Shown here: positions 21,993 through 34,992 of the stretch, one piece after another
Layout: every line of letters begins with the position of its first letter
Position numbering within the stretch: position 1 is the stretch's first letter
Source: a virus
Taxonomy: Duplodnaviria > Caudoviricetes
Strand: one strand, 5' to 3'
DNA length: 64,000 nucleotides
Virus record (IMG/VR): IMGVR_UViG_3300021399_000127
Location: 1-64,000 of that record
Notes under the pieces: model-generated
What the model was told of the DNA's origin: nothing
What the model saw: the letters and a program-made list of their open reading frames with translations, nothing else
Database searches by the model: none
Position numbers and translations under genes: made by a program

Positions 21993-22775
21993 ATGGACGA
22001 GAAAATTAATATTTTGCCAGCAGTAGGTGGTACCGATTCTGCTACTGCGATGGCTATGATGAACAACAACCCTTGGATGTACCTTGTAATGCTTGCGTTA
22101 TTCGGAAACGGTGGCTTTGGCAACAGAAACAACGGTATTCTTGATGTTGAGACACAGAGTAAACTTAACAGTTTGCAGACACAGATCAACGATAACAACA
22201 ACAACCAATGGGCAAGAGAGGCTATCTAGGGCAACACGTTCGCAATTAGCCAGCTTTCGCAAAATCTTAATGTTGACTACAACGCTCTTACACAGGCCAT
22301 TAATAGTGTAAATGCCGGAATAGCTCAGCTTGGAGCTGCTAACGGCATGGGTTTTGCTGGTGTAACTAACGCAATTAATCTTGGCAACCTGAATTTGATT
22401 CAGTAGTTGAAGGATTGTTGCTGCGCTACACAAAAGCAGATCCTTGAGCAGGGATATTAGGGACGTATAGAGACAATCAATCAGACGAACGATCTGTCTA
22501 CTGTAATGCGCGCCGAGAGTGGCCTTGTGCGTGCAGAAGTCGCTACATTCCGGCAAGCGTGGGAAAATGCTCGTTATCAAGACGTTGTTGCAGAGAAAGC
22601 GAGATTGCAGACCGAATTAGATCTGCTTCGTTCACAGAACACTACTGCTGCAGCATTGCAGACATATGTAAGTCCTTTGCAACAAGAATTTACTCAGCTG
22701 AAGTATCAGATGCAGAACTTCTTTAACACCTATAGTGCTTCTAAGACTGCTTCTGCTTCAACAACAAATGCTTAA
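21993..22775 (+). CDS. Gly/Asn-rich coiled-coil 'QLxDCCC' protein (260 aa, 3 TAG)
   Basis: Hydrophobic WMYLVMLALFGNGGFG segment, then AIQGN, QQLKDCCCATQ and GYQG. The TAGs fall at Gln-typical positions. Confidence 0.8.
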
Positions 22776-22792
22776 GTGAACAATTCTAAACT

Positions 22793-22819
22793 GGCGGGGA
22801 GGATACTCTCCGCCTTTTT
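22793..22819 (+). terminator. intrinsic terminator
   Basis: GGCGGGGAG-GATA-CTCTCCGCC followed by TTTTT. Confidence 0.8.
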
Positions 22820-22836
22820 AGTTTATATTAATTAAT

Positions 22837-23343
22837 ATGACGTTTAGAAATTTAACACCGGGCAGCATTGTACATGTGTTAGTAAAAGGTGAGCCCATTG
22901 AATATAAAGAAGGAACAGTAGTAAGTGTTGGTACACCTAGAATGGAAGTTCCTAGTTTTAATCCAAATTAGTTTCCAATGTAGAGTAAACCTGCAACTCA
23001 GGTAGTAGATGTCACTTATACTGTAGATGGTAAGAATATTACTGATGCAGTAGACGTTACGGCTAATGTATTTCAGACAGATAAACTCGGCTCTATTGCA
23101 TTAGTTGCTACAGATAAACAAGATATTGTTAGAGAATTACATGCTACGTTGAATGTCAGTGAGGGTTATCTTAAGGATGTTGAGAAGCATGAGAAGAGAG
23201 TTGCTGAGTGTAAGGAGTTGATAGGAGAACTTGACACTGCTTATAATGAAAAGCAGCAATTAGAGAAGCGCTTTTAGAGATTAGAAGAAGAGTCCGCTGA
23301 GACACACAAGTTGTTAAAAGAATTAATAGAAAAAATAAAATGA
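22837..23343 (+). CDS. hypothetical protein with C-terminal coiled coil (168 aa, 3 TAG)
   Basis: MTFRNLTPGSIVHVL... is open to TGA 23341-23343, with an ATGA overlap. It is not in the ORF track. Confidence 0.75.
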
Positions 23344-23837
23344 ACACGAAGGAAGAATTTCTGAAGATATACGACACGATTATATCTTCAAATGATTATA
23401 GTAAAATGCATACACTTGGTGACATAACCAAGAAGATGATGACTAAGTTTATAGAAGTGTATCCACAGCAAGCGAAAGAATATATAGAGGTACTACAATC
23501 TGTAAATTGGGATAATTATATTACGGCTAAAGAAGCTGAGGAAATTCTTTCTAAAATGGAGCCGAAGCCGACATGGTCTAAACCTGTATGGGAGAACCTT
23601 CTATAGAAATTACAGCTTACTGACGAACATTTCCCGTGCTACAATAAGTGTGCGTTGTATATAGCAATGTGTATGGTCGATTCAGATAGTGGACATACTA
23701 TTGCATACATAACAAAACAACCATACGAGGTTATTAAAAATACAGATGAATATTTTACGTACGTATATAAGTTGGCTGTAGACAAATTGACCGATAAAGA
23801 CGGTGTGTTCAATATACGTAAATATTTCAACTTATAA
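23340..23837 (+). CDS. hypothetical helical protein (165 aa, 1 TAG)
   Basis: Fragments 23340 and 23655 are in frame. Ends LAVDKLTDKDG...YF. Confidence 0.75.
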
Positions 23838-23839
23838 TT

Positions 23840-25423
23840 ATGATAGATAAAGAAATATACATAGGGACAGCTACGCCTAAGTCAAAAGAAGTTGTTTGGA
23901 TACGACCTCTGAGAGATGGTGGAGTGTCTCTTTATGCATATGCACACAATAAGTGGCAAGCATTAAAGATGGTCGACGGAAAAGGCACATTGCCTGTAGA
24001 TGACGACGATGCAATAAATCTGATGTCTAAGGAAGACATTCTCGATGCGTTAGATGCTGTAACAGGTCTTGATGCAGAAACAATAGAACAACTAAAAGAA
24101 CTCCTTGAACAGGTTGGTAGTTTAGCTGATAAAGCAGATGGAATTGCATATGATTCTACGAACAAATTAATAAAACTTACTAGCAACGGTACTACATTAG
24201 CATCCATAGACGCATCAGATTTTATTGTAGACGGAATGGTAGAATCTGCAGAGGTTAAGGATGTTGTTATATCCGGAGAGACTGTGAAGTGTTTGGTTAT
24301 AACATTCAACACAGACGCTGGGAAAAACGATGTAAATATTCCAATTACAGACTTTTTTGACGCTAGTAAGTATTATACTAAAACACAGACTGACGAGCTG
24401 ATGAGTCATTGTGTGACAGAAGGTGATAATAATTTTAATTATGTAAAGCTGTCCAACGCATTAGATTCGTCTCTATACACATAGTTTAGCCCTTCGAAAA
24501 TATCTATACGCGGTGTAAACGCTGCCGATGATTCAACTGGTATTGACATAACAACTGACAGAATTAATTTTGGATTTGTAAAAGATTCGTTGTTCTATTA
24601 GTACCCCCTGCAGCTCTCTTCTACAAGTTCGACAAGTTCACCTCGCCTCAAGTTCGACAATAAGATTCTTGCATATATAGAGGATATTCCGTAGAAATAG
24701 ATGATGCCTAGTGCAAGCTCAACATTATCAGGAAAAATCTATCAGTATATAGGCGAAACCACACAATCATTTACACATGGATATTTCTACGAATGTGTGT
24801 ACAATGGTAGTGCATATCGTTGGGAACAGCTCTATATACAACCAAGCGTAGCGTATACAGCAGGAAGCAATATTAGTATTGTAGGCAATACTATAAATGC
24901 GACGGATACCACTTATAGCGAAGCTACAACAAGCACTGCAGGCCTCATGTCAGTTTCTGACAAAGTAAAACTTAATAGCATAAACAATGGTGCGAAAGTT
25001 TCAGGGATAACAATGAATGGTTCATCTGTTACAGTTGATGCTAACGGTGTAGTAAACCTAGGCACTGTCCTAACAGCACATCAGGATATCAGCAGAAAAG
25101 AAGATAAAATAACGCTTTCGGGTATTTCTGGTTCAAGTAACATAGATTTATCACCACAAGTTAACTATTGTTATCCAATAACAAACGTTGTTAACACTCT
25201 TACAATAACGCTTAATCGTACTTCCGTTATAGGAGCTACAACAATTATCTTCACTACAGGTTCTTCACACAACATTACGTTTTAGCCTGGATCAGGTGTA
25301 ACTATAAAATATCAAAAAGGTATATCTTTTGCAGCAAACACATCCTATGAGATTAACTGTTTGTGGATTGGTGGAGAATGGATAGTTGCAGTAAACACTC
25401 TATCCGATACATTAGGAGGGTAA
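23840..25423 (+). CDS. tail fibre protein (527 aa, 5 TAG)
   Basis: Mosaic of fibre modules: DFIVDGMV, GKIYQYIG, YTAGSNISI, ATTSTAGLMS..DKVKL, AHQDIS. Stop TAA 25421-25423. Confidence 0.78.
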
Positions 25424-25426
25424 GCT

Positions 25427-26380
25427 ATGAGTACATTAACAACAAGAAGAATGGTTGTCAGACCCTCTGACAGTGGAAGTGCTGCTGGAGATATTGTGTG
25501 GATATTAAGTTATGAGGACCTTATTCCAGGTAATCGTCAACTTGTCACAGACGGAGCCTATAATTATATATCTGATGAGTATGTGTCGGGTGATGCTTTT
25601 TCTATGATAATAGGTTGCTCGGGCTCAGTTAGTGTGAGCGACTTGTCGTTTAACGGAACATACGGGGACGACATAACGGTATATGACACCACTGATTCTG
25701 TAGAAAGGGAGTGGCCAGAATGGGTAGAAGGTTATACTTGGTACACTGTAGAGTTTAGTATATACCATAATACAGATAGTTGGTACGAGATTATAAACAA
25801 CAGTACACAAACAAGGGTAAGGGTGAATTACGCTATATCAGGGATGTCTGAACCGTTACCTATGTATTTCAGACCAAATAGCACTACTGATGATTCAGTA
25901 AATCCAAGAACTGATTCTGATACTTTTTATATAGGAGATTTAGCAAATTTGGATAGTGAAGGAGGATTTGATACAACAGTTACAATCAATGGTTGGGTTA
26001 ATGGCGACGTTTTAGAACCTGCTTTCTTCTGCGATGATTTGCCAGATTATTTATTTCCTGATGGGTACACGTTAGGAGATATAATAATTAACGATTGTGA
26101 AAATGTGGATATATATGCTGTTTAGGGTAGCTCAGGTATAATTCCGATACGAAATATGTTGCTTTTAAAATGGTTGCCGTCTGACGAAATAAAAAAATCT
26201 CCTAGTAACAGGAGCTATGACCCGCATCAATACGCTATCTTGAACACGGATGATAACGAGAACGCTTTATACATGGAGGTATCTTTAAAAAACATAAATA
26301 AACCTGGTAAGATCGTATTGGTTTTTCGTGGAGAGAATTCAACATATATCCGTATTAATATAATATTAAACTCGTTATGA
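25427..26380 (+). CDS. acidic beta-rich fibre-associated or receptor-binding protein (317 aa, 1 TAG)
   Basis: Fragments 25427 and 26156 are in frame. ATGA overlap with the next gene. Confidence 0.65.
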
Positions 26381-26712
26381 AACAATACAGAAATAAAATA
26401 ACAAAAGAATACTATACAGAAGGTACGAGTATCACAAAAATGCTAGATTAGAGTACTCTATGGTCTGGTTATCCAACAGAAGAACAACTTGCTGAGTGGG
26501 GTTTTGAAGAAATCATCGTTCCTCAACTAACGCCTGCTCAAAAAAGAATGCAAGAAATTCAAAAAATACTTGCAAGCATGGATTATCTTACGTCTAAGTA
26601 TATCGATGGTGAGGACATGTCTGAATATGGTGATTGGTAGGATCAAAGAAAAGCTCTTAGAGAAGAGTATAGAAGGCTTGAATCTCAAGAACAAACATCC
26701 ACAGAAGAATGA
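26377..26712 (+). CDS. tail-fibre assembly chaperone-like protein (111 aa, 2 TAG)
   Basis: C-terminal LASMDYLTSKYIDGE...QRKALREEYRRLE pattern. ATGA overlaps on both sides. It is not in the ORF track. Confidence 0.6.
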
Positions 26713-27173
26713 ACATAACATTAAAGCGAATAGCTAAGAGAGATACATATACAATAGGTAAGTTGTATATAGATGGAAAATACTATTGTGATACAATAGA
26801 AGATAAGGATCGTGGATTAAAATAGAGTATGTCTGAGAAGGAGATATTGTCCAAGAAGATTAAGCACTAGACTGCGATCCCAACCGGAACTTACAGTGTT
26901 ACTTTAAAAGTTAAATCAGCAAAGTACTCGTAGAAGAAAGTTTTTGTTTAGTACTGCAATGCTCTGATGCCAAGGCTTCTTAACATACCAGGATATGACG
27001 GAGTGCTAATCCATACTGGAAATACAGAACAAGATTCTAGTGGTTGTATTGTTGTAGGTTACAACAAGGTTGTTGGCAAAGTTATAAACAGTATGGACGC
27101 TTTTAAAGTCATATATCCAATACTCAAAGAAGCTTCTGACAAAGGAGAGAAAATAACAATTACGATAGAGTGA
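26709..27173 (+). CDS. DUF5675-type putative endolysin (154 aa, 4 TAG)
   Basis: YTIGKLYIDG.Y.CDTIED, TAIPTGTY, MPRLLN.PGYDGVLIH.GN..DSSGCI.VG (His/Cys pair). Adjacent to the holin. Confidence 0.85.
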
Positions 27174-27700
27174 TGGATATATTAAACTCTATAGCGAGGG
27201 TTATAAACTTATGTGGAGACAATAGTTTTTATGGCAAACTGTGTGTTGGTGCTAGTGCACTAGCTACAGCATACTTTACACCAATTGTAGGACTGTTGTT
27301 CTCATGCTTTACTTTTACAATCATGGATCTTGTATTCGGTTTGTAGGTAGCAAAAAAAGCAGGTAAGAAGTTGACAAGCAGCAAAAGCTGGATGGGAACT
27401 CTTACTAAGATAAAATAGGAGTTTATAATAATCGCATTATGCCACCTTTTGGAGCATGCTGTAATGGGAGCAGGATCTATAACACTACTCAGCGGTGGTG
27501 CTACCGTTCTCATATGCCTTACTGAATTGTGGTCTATTATAGAAAATTTAAATACATTAGATCCAACAGGCCCTTGGAAGATACTCAAGAAGTATTTAAA
27601 GAAAAAGGGTGAAGATTACGTTGGAATAGAATTAGAATTTGATGAAGATGGCAAACTTGATAATGTTAGGGCTAAAAAGCGTAAAAGCGCTGATAAGTAA
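27173..27700 (+). CDS. holin (175 aa, 2 TAG)
   Basis: Three hydrophobic segments, D..FG...A and TELWSIIENL motifs of the phage holin 4 type, and a charged C-terminus. Confidence 0.85.
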
Positions 27701-28319
27701 ACATAAAAGGCTTGCCGCAGAGCTTGTTTTAAGCCTTCTGTTGGCGTTATCTGTTGGTTGTGGGATAACACTCCACAACAACAATAAGAGGCTCTCAGAG
27801 GGGCTGGAAACAGCATAGAATAACATAGAAGCCTATTAGGAGTTAGTCTCTAACTCTTAGTAGGCTTTTACTGTCTTATAGATGGACATGGACAAACTTA
27901 AGTATAGCAAAGATAGTGCTCTACTTAAACTGGATGAAGTTCGTAAACAGAACAATGTGAAAAGTTCATCTATAAAAACCGCGGCAACCCAAACTCAAAC
28001 CTTACTCGTTAATAGCGGTAAGGGGGTAAGGGGGGATTTAGTAGAGATATTAAAAGATACTATATACACCGATAGTATTAAGTATAACGACCTTACAGGC
28101 GTTAAATACACAATAGGTAGAGACACAATAAATATACAAATAGATCTACTAAATGAATAGTACCTCTTCACCTATAAAACTAGAGAATACAAAAACAAGA
28201 AGTCTTTTTTTAAGCGTCTGTTTACATTAGACTTTAAGAAGGTAGATAAATACAAATACAAAATAGTAAACAGTAACGATTTACTTAAAGGCTCAAATAT
28301 TCGTATAATAGAACAATAA
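27663..28319 (+). CDS. spanin-like membrane-anchored coiled-coil lysis protein (218 aa or more, 6 TAG)
   Basis: N-terminal transmembrane segment LVLSLLLALSVGCGITL, then a coiled coil and KKSFFKRLF. Third gene of the lysis cassette. Alternative in-frame ATGs at 27642 and 27648. Confidence 0.65.
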
Positions 28320-28323
28320 TAAC

Positions 28324-29019
28324 ATGGAACTATTTTCGCTTAGGGCTGTAATAGACGACATCCTATTACTAGTCCGCAACAACAACATTAGCGAAAGTGA
28401 AGACTTATCAAGAGCGTAGATTGCGGCATGGATTTTAGCCTACAAGGCTGCTATCATAAAGGCAAGACAAGACGCTGAAAAGAAATCTGGAGAGGATGAA
28501 GACGATACAACTCTCACAGAATTACTTGAAACAAAAGGCCCGTTGGAATTACAAGACGAGCCGTCTCTTGATGGTGTACCACTTTTCACCAAAAGAACTG
28601 TAGACCCAATCCCTGAGTTGGTAGACAAGGACCCGCGCAATCTGTTTAGTGTCCATGACCAAGAGGGTTAGCCTATACAAATGATGTCAGAGGAACGCAA
28701 GTTCTTCCATAGATTTAGAAGATATACTGGCTGTGAGATGACATATCACTATGAAAATGGATATATTTATTTACACGGCTTAGCAGATTTTAATAGACTT
28801 CGTTATATTTGGATAGAAGGTTTGTTCTCAGGAGCAGACGATGACGAGTATGATGAAGATGCTATAAAAATACCAGAGTGGATGATTCCTGACATAAAGA
28901 AAAACATACTAAGTAACGAGTTAGCATTTATGATTGCGAGAATAAGTGATGATGATAATAACTCTACGTTGGATGGAATTAAACCACAAGCACAAGCAGT
29001 AACACCTAATGAGAAATAA
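28324..29019 (+). CDS. tail ring-like structural protein (231 aa, 2 TAG)
   Basis: SLRAVIDDILLLVRNNNISESEDLSRAQIAAWI...IPEWMIPDIK...DDDNNS. In frame with track ORF 28681. Confidence 0.7.
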
Positions 29020-29461
29020 ACAATCAGCTACAATAAGAGATATGTATAAACAGTACTCCTAGTAGGACGATTCTGTTGATTATAAGACATTCAAGTTGAT
29101 ACTCGACACATTTAATAAAATGTTGATCGATAGTTTATTGGAGAGCTCAGAAGGTTTTAAAATGCCTTTTGGGCTCGGTTACGTTTGTATAGTTAAGTAT
29201 AAACCTAAATCATATACTTAGAAATCACTATCTGTAGATTATAAAGCTAGTAGAGAATATGGTAAAACAATCTATCACCTTAACGAACATTCTGACGGAT
29301 ATAAGTTTAGATTATACTGGTCTAAAACTCCAAGAACGTTCCCTGATAGATATAAATATTCTCTCAATCTTGTAAGATAGAACAAACGTAGATTAGCGTA
29401 GTTGATATTTAAAAACCACGATTATATAAACATAGATGACATACAAATATACAAAGTGTGA
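29009..29461 (+). CDS. crAss IHF-like protein (150 aa, 5 TAG)
   Basis: FKMPFGLG.V.IVK...VDYKASREYGKTIYHLNEHSDGYKFRLYWSK pattern. It is not in the ORF track. Confidence 0.75.
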
Positions 29462-30371
29462 ATCGGTTATAGCAAAGATCATGGCCGATGGTGGTATGGA
29501 AGGAACTCATTTTAGGGTTACTGACATTCGCGAATGGATCTTTGAGGCTATAGAGAAGATAGGTGCTCCAGTGTAGTACATAGAAAGAGAATCTGGTGTA
29601 GATGGATGTCCTATCTTGAAAATAGAAGATTATCAGGTGCCTATACCAGGTGACTTAGAACATCTTTCTGCTGTAGCCTATTCACCAAATGAAAAAGGAC
29701 CGTGGTATCCTGCAAGAACAAACAACTCTACATTTAAGACACCGCGTGGCAAAGAACACGATCGTCATAAACATCATATCGAAGACGGTATGTACTGTGA
29801 TGATGGTATCACTGAATTTCCACGACCAGTCGATATAAATGAGAGACCTATACCACATAAACCCATAACATCTACATGTTAGCTGTACGGAATAAACGGA
29901 ATGAAGTATGCAGAAAAAGCATACCTCAACGGAGCAGCAGAAGATGTTACATTCTTTACAAAACCAGGATGGATAGTCATAAATAGAAAAAAAGGGTTTG
30001 TAAAACTTGCATATAAAGCAATAGCTACAGATGAGCGTGGCTATCCATTGATACCAGATTCTGCAGCATATCAAGAAGCTATATACTGGTATGTTATGAT
30101 GAAACTGAACTTCAAGAAGTTCTTAAATGGAAAACTTGGAGGAGGAAAAGCAGCTGGTGCCAATATGCAAATATATCAGTACTTACAAAACCAATGGGAA
30201 TACTACAAGAAACAAGCGTATGGTGAGGCTATGATGCCAAATGAGGCTGATATGAGAGGTATTAAAAACGAATGGACCAAGTTAATCCCTGATTGGGATA
30301 GTGATGAATTCTTATTCAAGAACGAAGGTCGTAAACAATTGAATTATACAGATTACTACTATGGCTACTGA
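29436..30371 (+). CDS. tail tubular protein (311 aa, 2 TAG)
   Basis: SVIAKIMAD...IREWIFEAIEKIG...LAYKAIATDERGYPLIPD...EAIYWYV. Sits between the IHF-like and muzzle genes. Confidence 0.8.
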
Positions 30372-33300
30372 ACCAAATAACACATTTATAAACACCTTTA
30401 TAAAAGGTATGAATGGGGATATTGCGGTTGATAATGTACAGAATGGCCAATATACTTTTGCACAAAACTATAGAATACAAACACAAACAAGTATAAATCA
30501 AACACAAACAGTAAACGACGGTTCTGGAGCAATCGCTCCTGTAGAGTACGGTAAAGTTTTCGAGACACCGTTTACTAATGTTAGTCCTGAAACACTTGGT
30601 ACAGACTCTATCATACTTGCTGCAGACTCTATCAACGACAACGGCGTTGTAATAATTAAAGATTCTAAAGTAGAAAAAGTAGATCCTAATGAGGATGACG
30701 AATACACGTGGGTTGTATATCGTGTGAAGCGAGTAGACGATCATATATCGTACAACAGAGTGTTTGGTATTTATACAGAAAATGGTGTAGACAAACATGT
30801 ATCAGGTGCTACCACAAAACTTAGTAAGTTTTCTATAGCATTAGATCAACCACAAGAAAACGTACTGAATTTGTATATTGCAGATGGAATACATCATCTG
30901 ATGGTTATGAACGTATTTGATGAAGACTTTAAGACGTGTACAGATGTATAGCAAATTGAATTTTACGCTTCGTATCCGAAACAGTAGGCAATCATAGATA
31001 GTCTTATAAGCGGGTCGTTAAAAACGTCATAGGTTACATACCAATATAGGTTTTACAAAAAGTATGGTGTCATAAGTACACTGTCCCCAGAAACAAAGCC
31101 CCTGTAGATAATAGCACAAAACAGGCTTACAGAAAAAGGTTGTGCCGAAGACACAAATACACAACTTGGTGTGAGATTACGCCTCCCTAATTCTGGACAA
31201 ATAAACAGTTTATTCGATCATGTTTAGTTGTTCAGAATTCAACAGTTAAAGCCAGATGATGTAAAAGTCTTTCTCGTAGCTGATAGAAAAATAAAACCTG
31301 ATCAGACTATAACAATAGACGACATTGGTACTCCATCAGAACTGCAAGAGTACAGCATCGATGAGTTTAATGCGTTATCTTCTCTGCATGTTATACCAAT
31401 GTGTATAGAAACATCGCAAAATAGATTGTTTTGTGGAAACATAACAGACTCTACTGTATTACATGATGATAGTTTACGTACACATACTTATTCTAAATCA
31501 TCTGACAATACAATACGGTTATCGAATGACGATGGTGACATACGAAGTGTGAGTGCAATAGAAGACGTCGACCGTATTGTATAGGATGGTTATTATAAAA
31601 ACATCTATCGTGGCGTAAACGACAACTACAGCAATAATGGAAGTATTCATCCAAATGGTACTATCATAGGAGGATCTTCACAGTACGTAGACTGGAAGCT
31701 TGTTTATACATCTGTACTCTTGGATGAACAAGAAGATTTATTGAATAGTACTGAAGCAAAAGCACATACGAATAATATATCTACGAGTATATATTATTCA
31801 GACGGAAGTGTATGTGATACTCAACGCTCATATTACGAAACGATATGTAACCCAGCAACAATAACAGATGCTACTTATAATTACATCTTTGCGTCAAGTT
31901 ATATAAGGTCATTAAGACGTGGTGAAACATATAGATACGGTGTGATATTCTATACGATTAGAGGAGAACGTACATCTGTAATGTGGATAGATGATATAAA
32001 AGTCCCATCTGAGAATGAAATACCTTCTACTACGTTTGAGAATGGAAAACTATATGCACATCCTATAGGAATACAGTTTTCTATAAACTTACCACAAGAC
32101 TCTAAATACGTACAGTATTAGATAGTTCGTTGTGCAAAAATACCAGAGTATACAAGAGATTTGTATCAGGCTGTTGTAAACCCAACTATGCACAATAGTC
32201 TTCCGAATGCATCACGTCAAATGTCTCCGTGGTACGCCATGCCATTCCTGTTAACACATCCACTTGCTACAGGAGGTCCTTATTTTATAACAAACGAAGG
32301 CACTGCACGCCACGACAAGGCTTGGAAATATAGGTTACCTGATGATGTTTAGGGTAACGGACAATATGTTCACACATTGATGTCTGAAGACATAAACATA
32401 AAGAGGCAATCTACACTATAGGCATTATCGTCAGATGAATTTAGTATAAGGTTTATTAAGAACAAAACAGTCGGAAGTGCTCAAGGTTTAAATACGTAGT
32501 TGTCGGCTGTTTAGTCAAGCTCAGATCCTGCTTAGTTAGAAATCTGGTTTAAACAGATGATACCTAATTTTAGTCCTGAACTTTAGTCTGCTTTAAATGC
32601 GTTTGAAAACGGTACTATAACATTCGTAGATCATGGAATGTCTAGAACGTTTAAAAATACTTAGTATGGCAGTATACCGGTAGATAAGCACTGGTATACA
32701 TTTCATTCTTTAGATACAACATCTACGGTTGTTCCACGAACAGGAAACATAACGAGAAGTGACTTTATTACATTTAGAACCTATGCAAACGATGTACTTA
32801 GGGATATAAAACAGGGTGTTTATACAGCGTCTGAGTAGAGTACGTCTAATTTAGAGCATATTGTCATAGAATTAAACAAAATTCCTATTGACAATATGAC
32901 GGGATATGAGCTGCTTAAAGTCGGAGACGAAGGTCTTATTGCTAACAAATATTACCTTTTAACATGGTGGTATGGACTTGCTAAAAGTAGTACGGCGAAT
33001 ATTGCGAAAGGTATAAACAGTATGACGAATAAAACATCAGATGGATTTTAGTTCGCATACTACAACGACGGTAATTCTTCATTCAATACGATAACAGCAT
33101 CAGCGTTTGGTGACACAAAACAGCCGCAATGGAACGATGGTTTTGACAACAAAAAACTAAGTAGTGATAACTTAACTATAACAACGTTCTCTAAGAAGTA
33201 TCAGCAGTTTGATACAACTTTAAATAACTGTAGATACGTGAACTGGTTTGCTGGAGGAAAGTACGATCTTGGAGGAAACGACTATCAATATGGAGTAAAT

Positions 33301-34992
33301 AAGTAGCATGGCGAAGGTGACGATTACAATGGCGATAAGTCGTACCCACCAGGATCTCTTAATCGTACCTCAGACTATGATCCTACTGTAGAGATGGTTA
33401 TAAAGGGCAGATATAGATCTGTAAATGCATACGGATGGATAGGTCCTGGCCCTATATCTCTAATGATGACAACTAATAGAAATGATGTGGTGTGGCAATA
33501 GAACGCATCTGATCAGGAGGTTGGTTGTTATGTGTGTGCTATAAGCCATCCAGCTACTCAATTTGCAGGAGATACGTCTGAGTTGAGACAATACGATACG
33601 TATTACGGTCATGGAAATTATTCCAACGTAAACGAATCACTTATAGTGTTCGATGGAGAAATATACATAGCCCCTGCTGAAATAATATCGCTCTACAAGG
33701 CTTACGATTTTGAGTCATCACTCGATTCGCTAGAATCAATGTAGGTCGTTAATTATGTACCGATGGAGTCTGTAATTAATCCATATCTAGAATACGGATT
33801 GAATTACAGAAACACAGGATCTAAAAACATAATGACCGAGCCTGGGGAAATTGTAGGTGTTGCGATACAAGATAGACCAGCATACTCTTACAATGATGTG
33901 TATTCTTGTAACGACACAACATCGTTTATATATGAACCTGAAACTGTAGACTCAGACACTACTAAATTTCAAGCTAGAATTTTGTATTCCGATGAACAAC
34001 AAGCTGCCGATTTTATAAACGTAAAAGGTGTATTTAAACCATTAAACTACATAGACGCAGAAACTAAATATGGACCAATAACACACATGCTTGCAATAAA
34101 AGACACATTGTACGTGTGGTAGACTGGTGCGTTTGCTAAATTGTCAATAAACGAGCGTTCATTAGTAAAAGATGAAAACAGCAATACAATACAGTTGGGT
34201 CAAGGTGGTGTACTTCAAAGAATAGACTACTTGAGTTAGCACTACGGAATGAGAGAATACGATCACGCTGCCGTAGGTGTAGACGGATCAGTGTATTGGC
34301 TAGACATGATCAACAATGTAGTTGCATACTTTAATGGCAACGCAGATGCGTTATCTACAAAATTGCAGGTTTAGAATTACATTAATGAAAACATAAATCA
34401 TGACATACAAGTTCAGATATCGTACGACACGCAGTACAAAGAACTTCTTTGCAAGTGTCTAAACGACGGAAAGCAGCTTGTATTTAACTTATCTGGTCCA
34501 TATGCTGTTGGGGTATTTACAAGAGAATATTACGCTACAATGTATTTAACGAGCGTACTGTATGGAATATGTGAAAACGAGTTTGTACAATATACTAACA
34601 TAAAAGAATCTGAAAAGAATGTATTCTTGGCACCAACAATATTGCAGTTTGTTGTAAATGGCGTACCGACTACGACTAAAACGTTTGACAATCAGCAAAT
34701 AAATGTGTTGTAGAAGTCAACATATTTCGGTTTGGATTCGAACTTTATGGCAAATAAGACATTTGGGTTCGAGACAGACTTGCATAACAATTTTGAAACA
34801 AAGATGATGCATGGTCAAAGAATAAGCGCTAGAGAAGGCAATATTCAATATGCGATACCTAGAGCAGACAATGAAGAATATGGAAATCGTATGAGAGGAA
34901 AATGGATGAAAGTAACAATGACAGACAATAATCCAGAATATGATTATGCTATATCACACATCATAACTAAATTTAGACAATCGTTCTCATGA
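30361..34992 (+). CDS. tail stabilisation (muzzle) protein (1543 aa, many TAG)
   Basis: N-terminal NTFIKGMN.D, SLRRGETYRYGVIFY, NERSL...LGQGGVL, and C-terminal RMRGKW. All track fragments from 30361 to 34732 are in frame. Confidence 0.88.
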
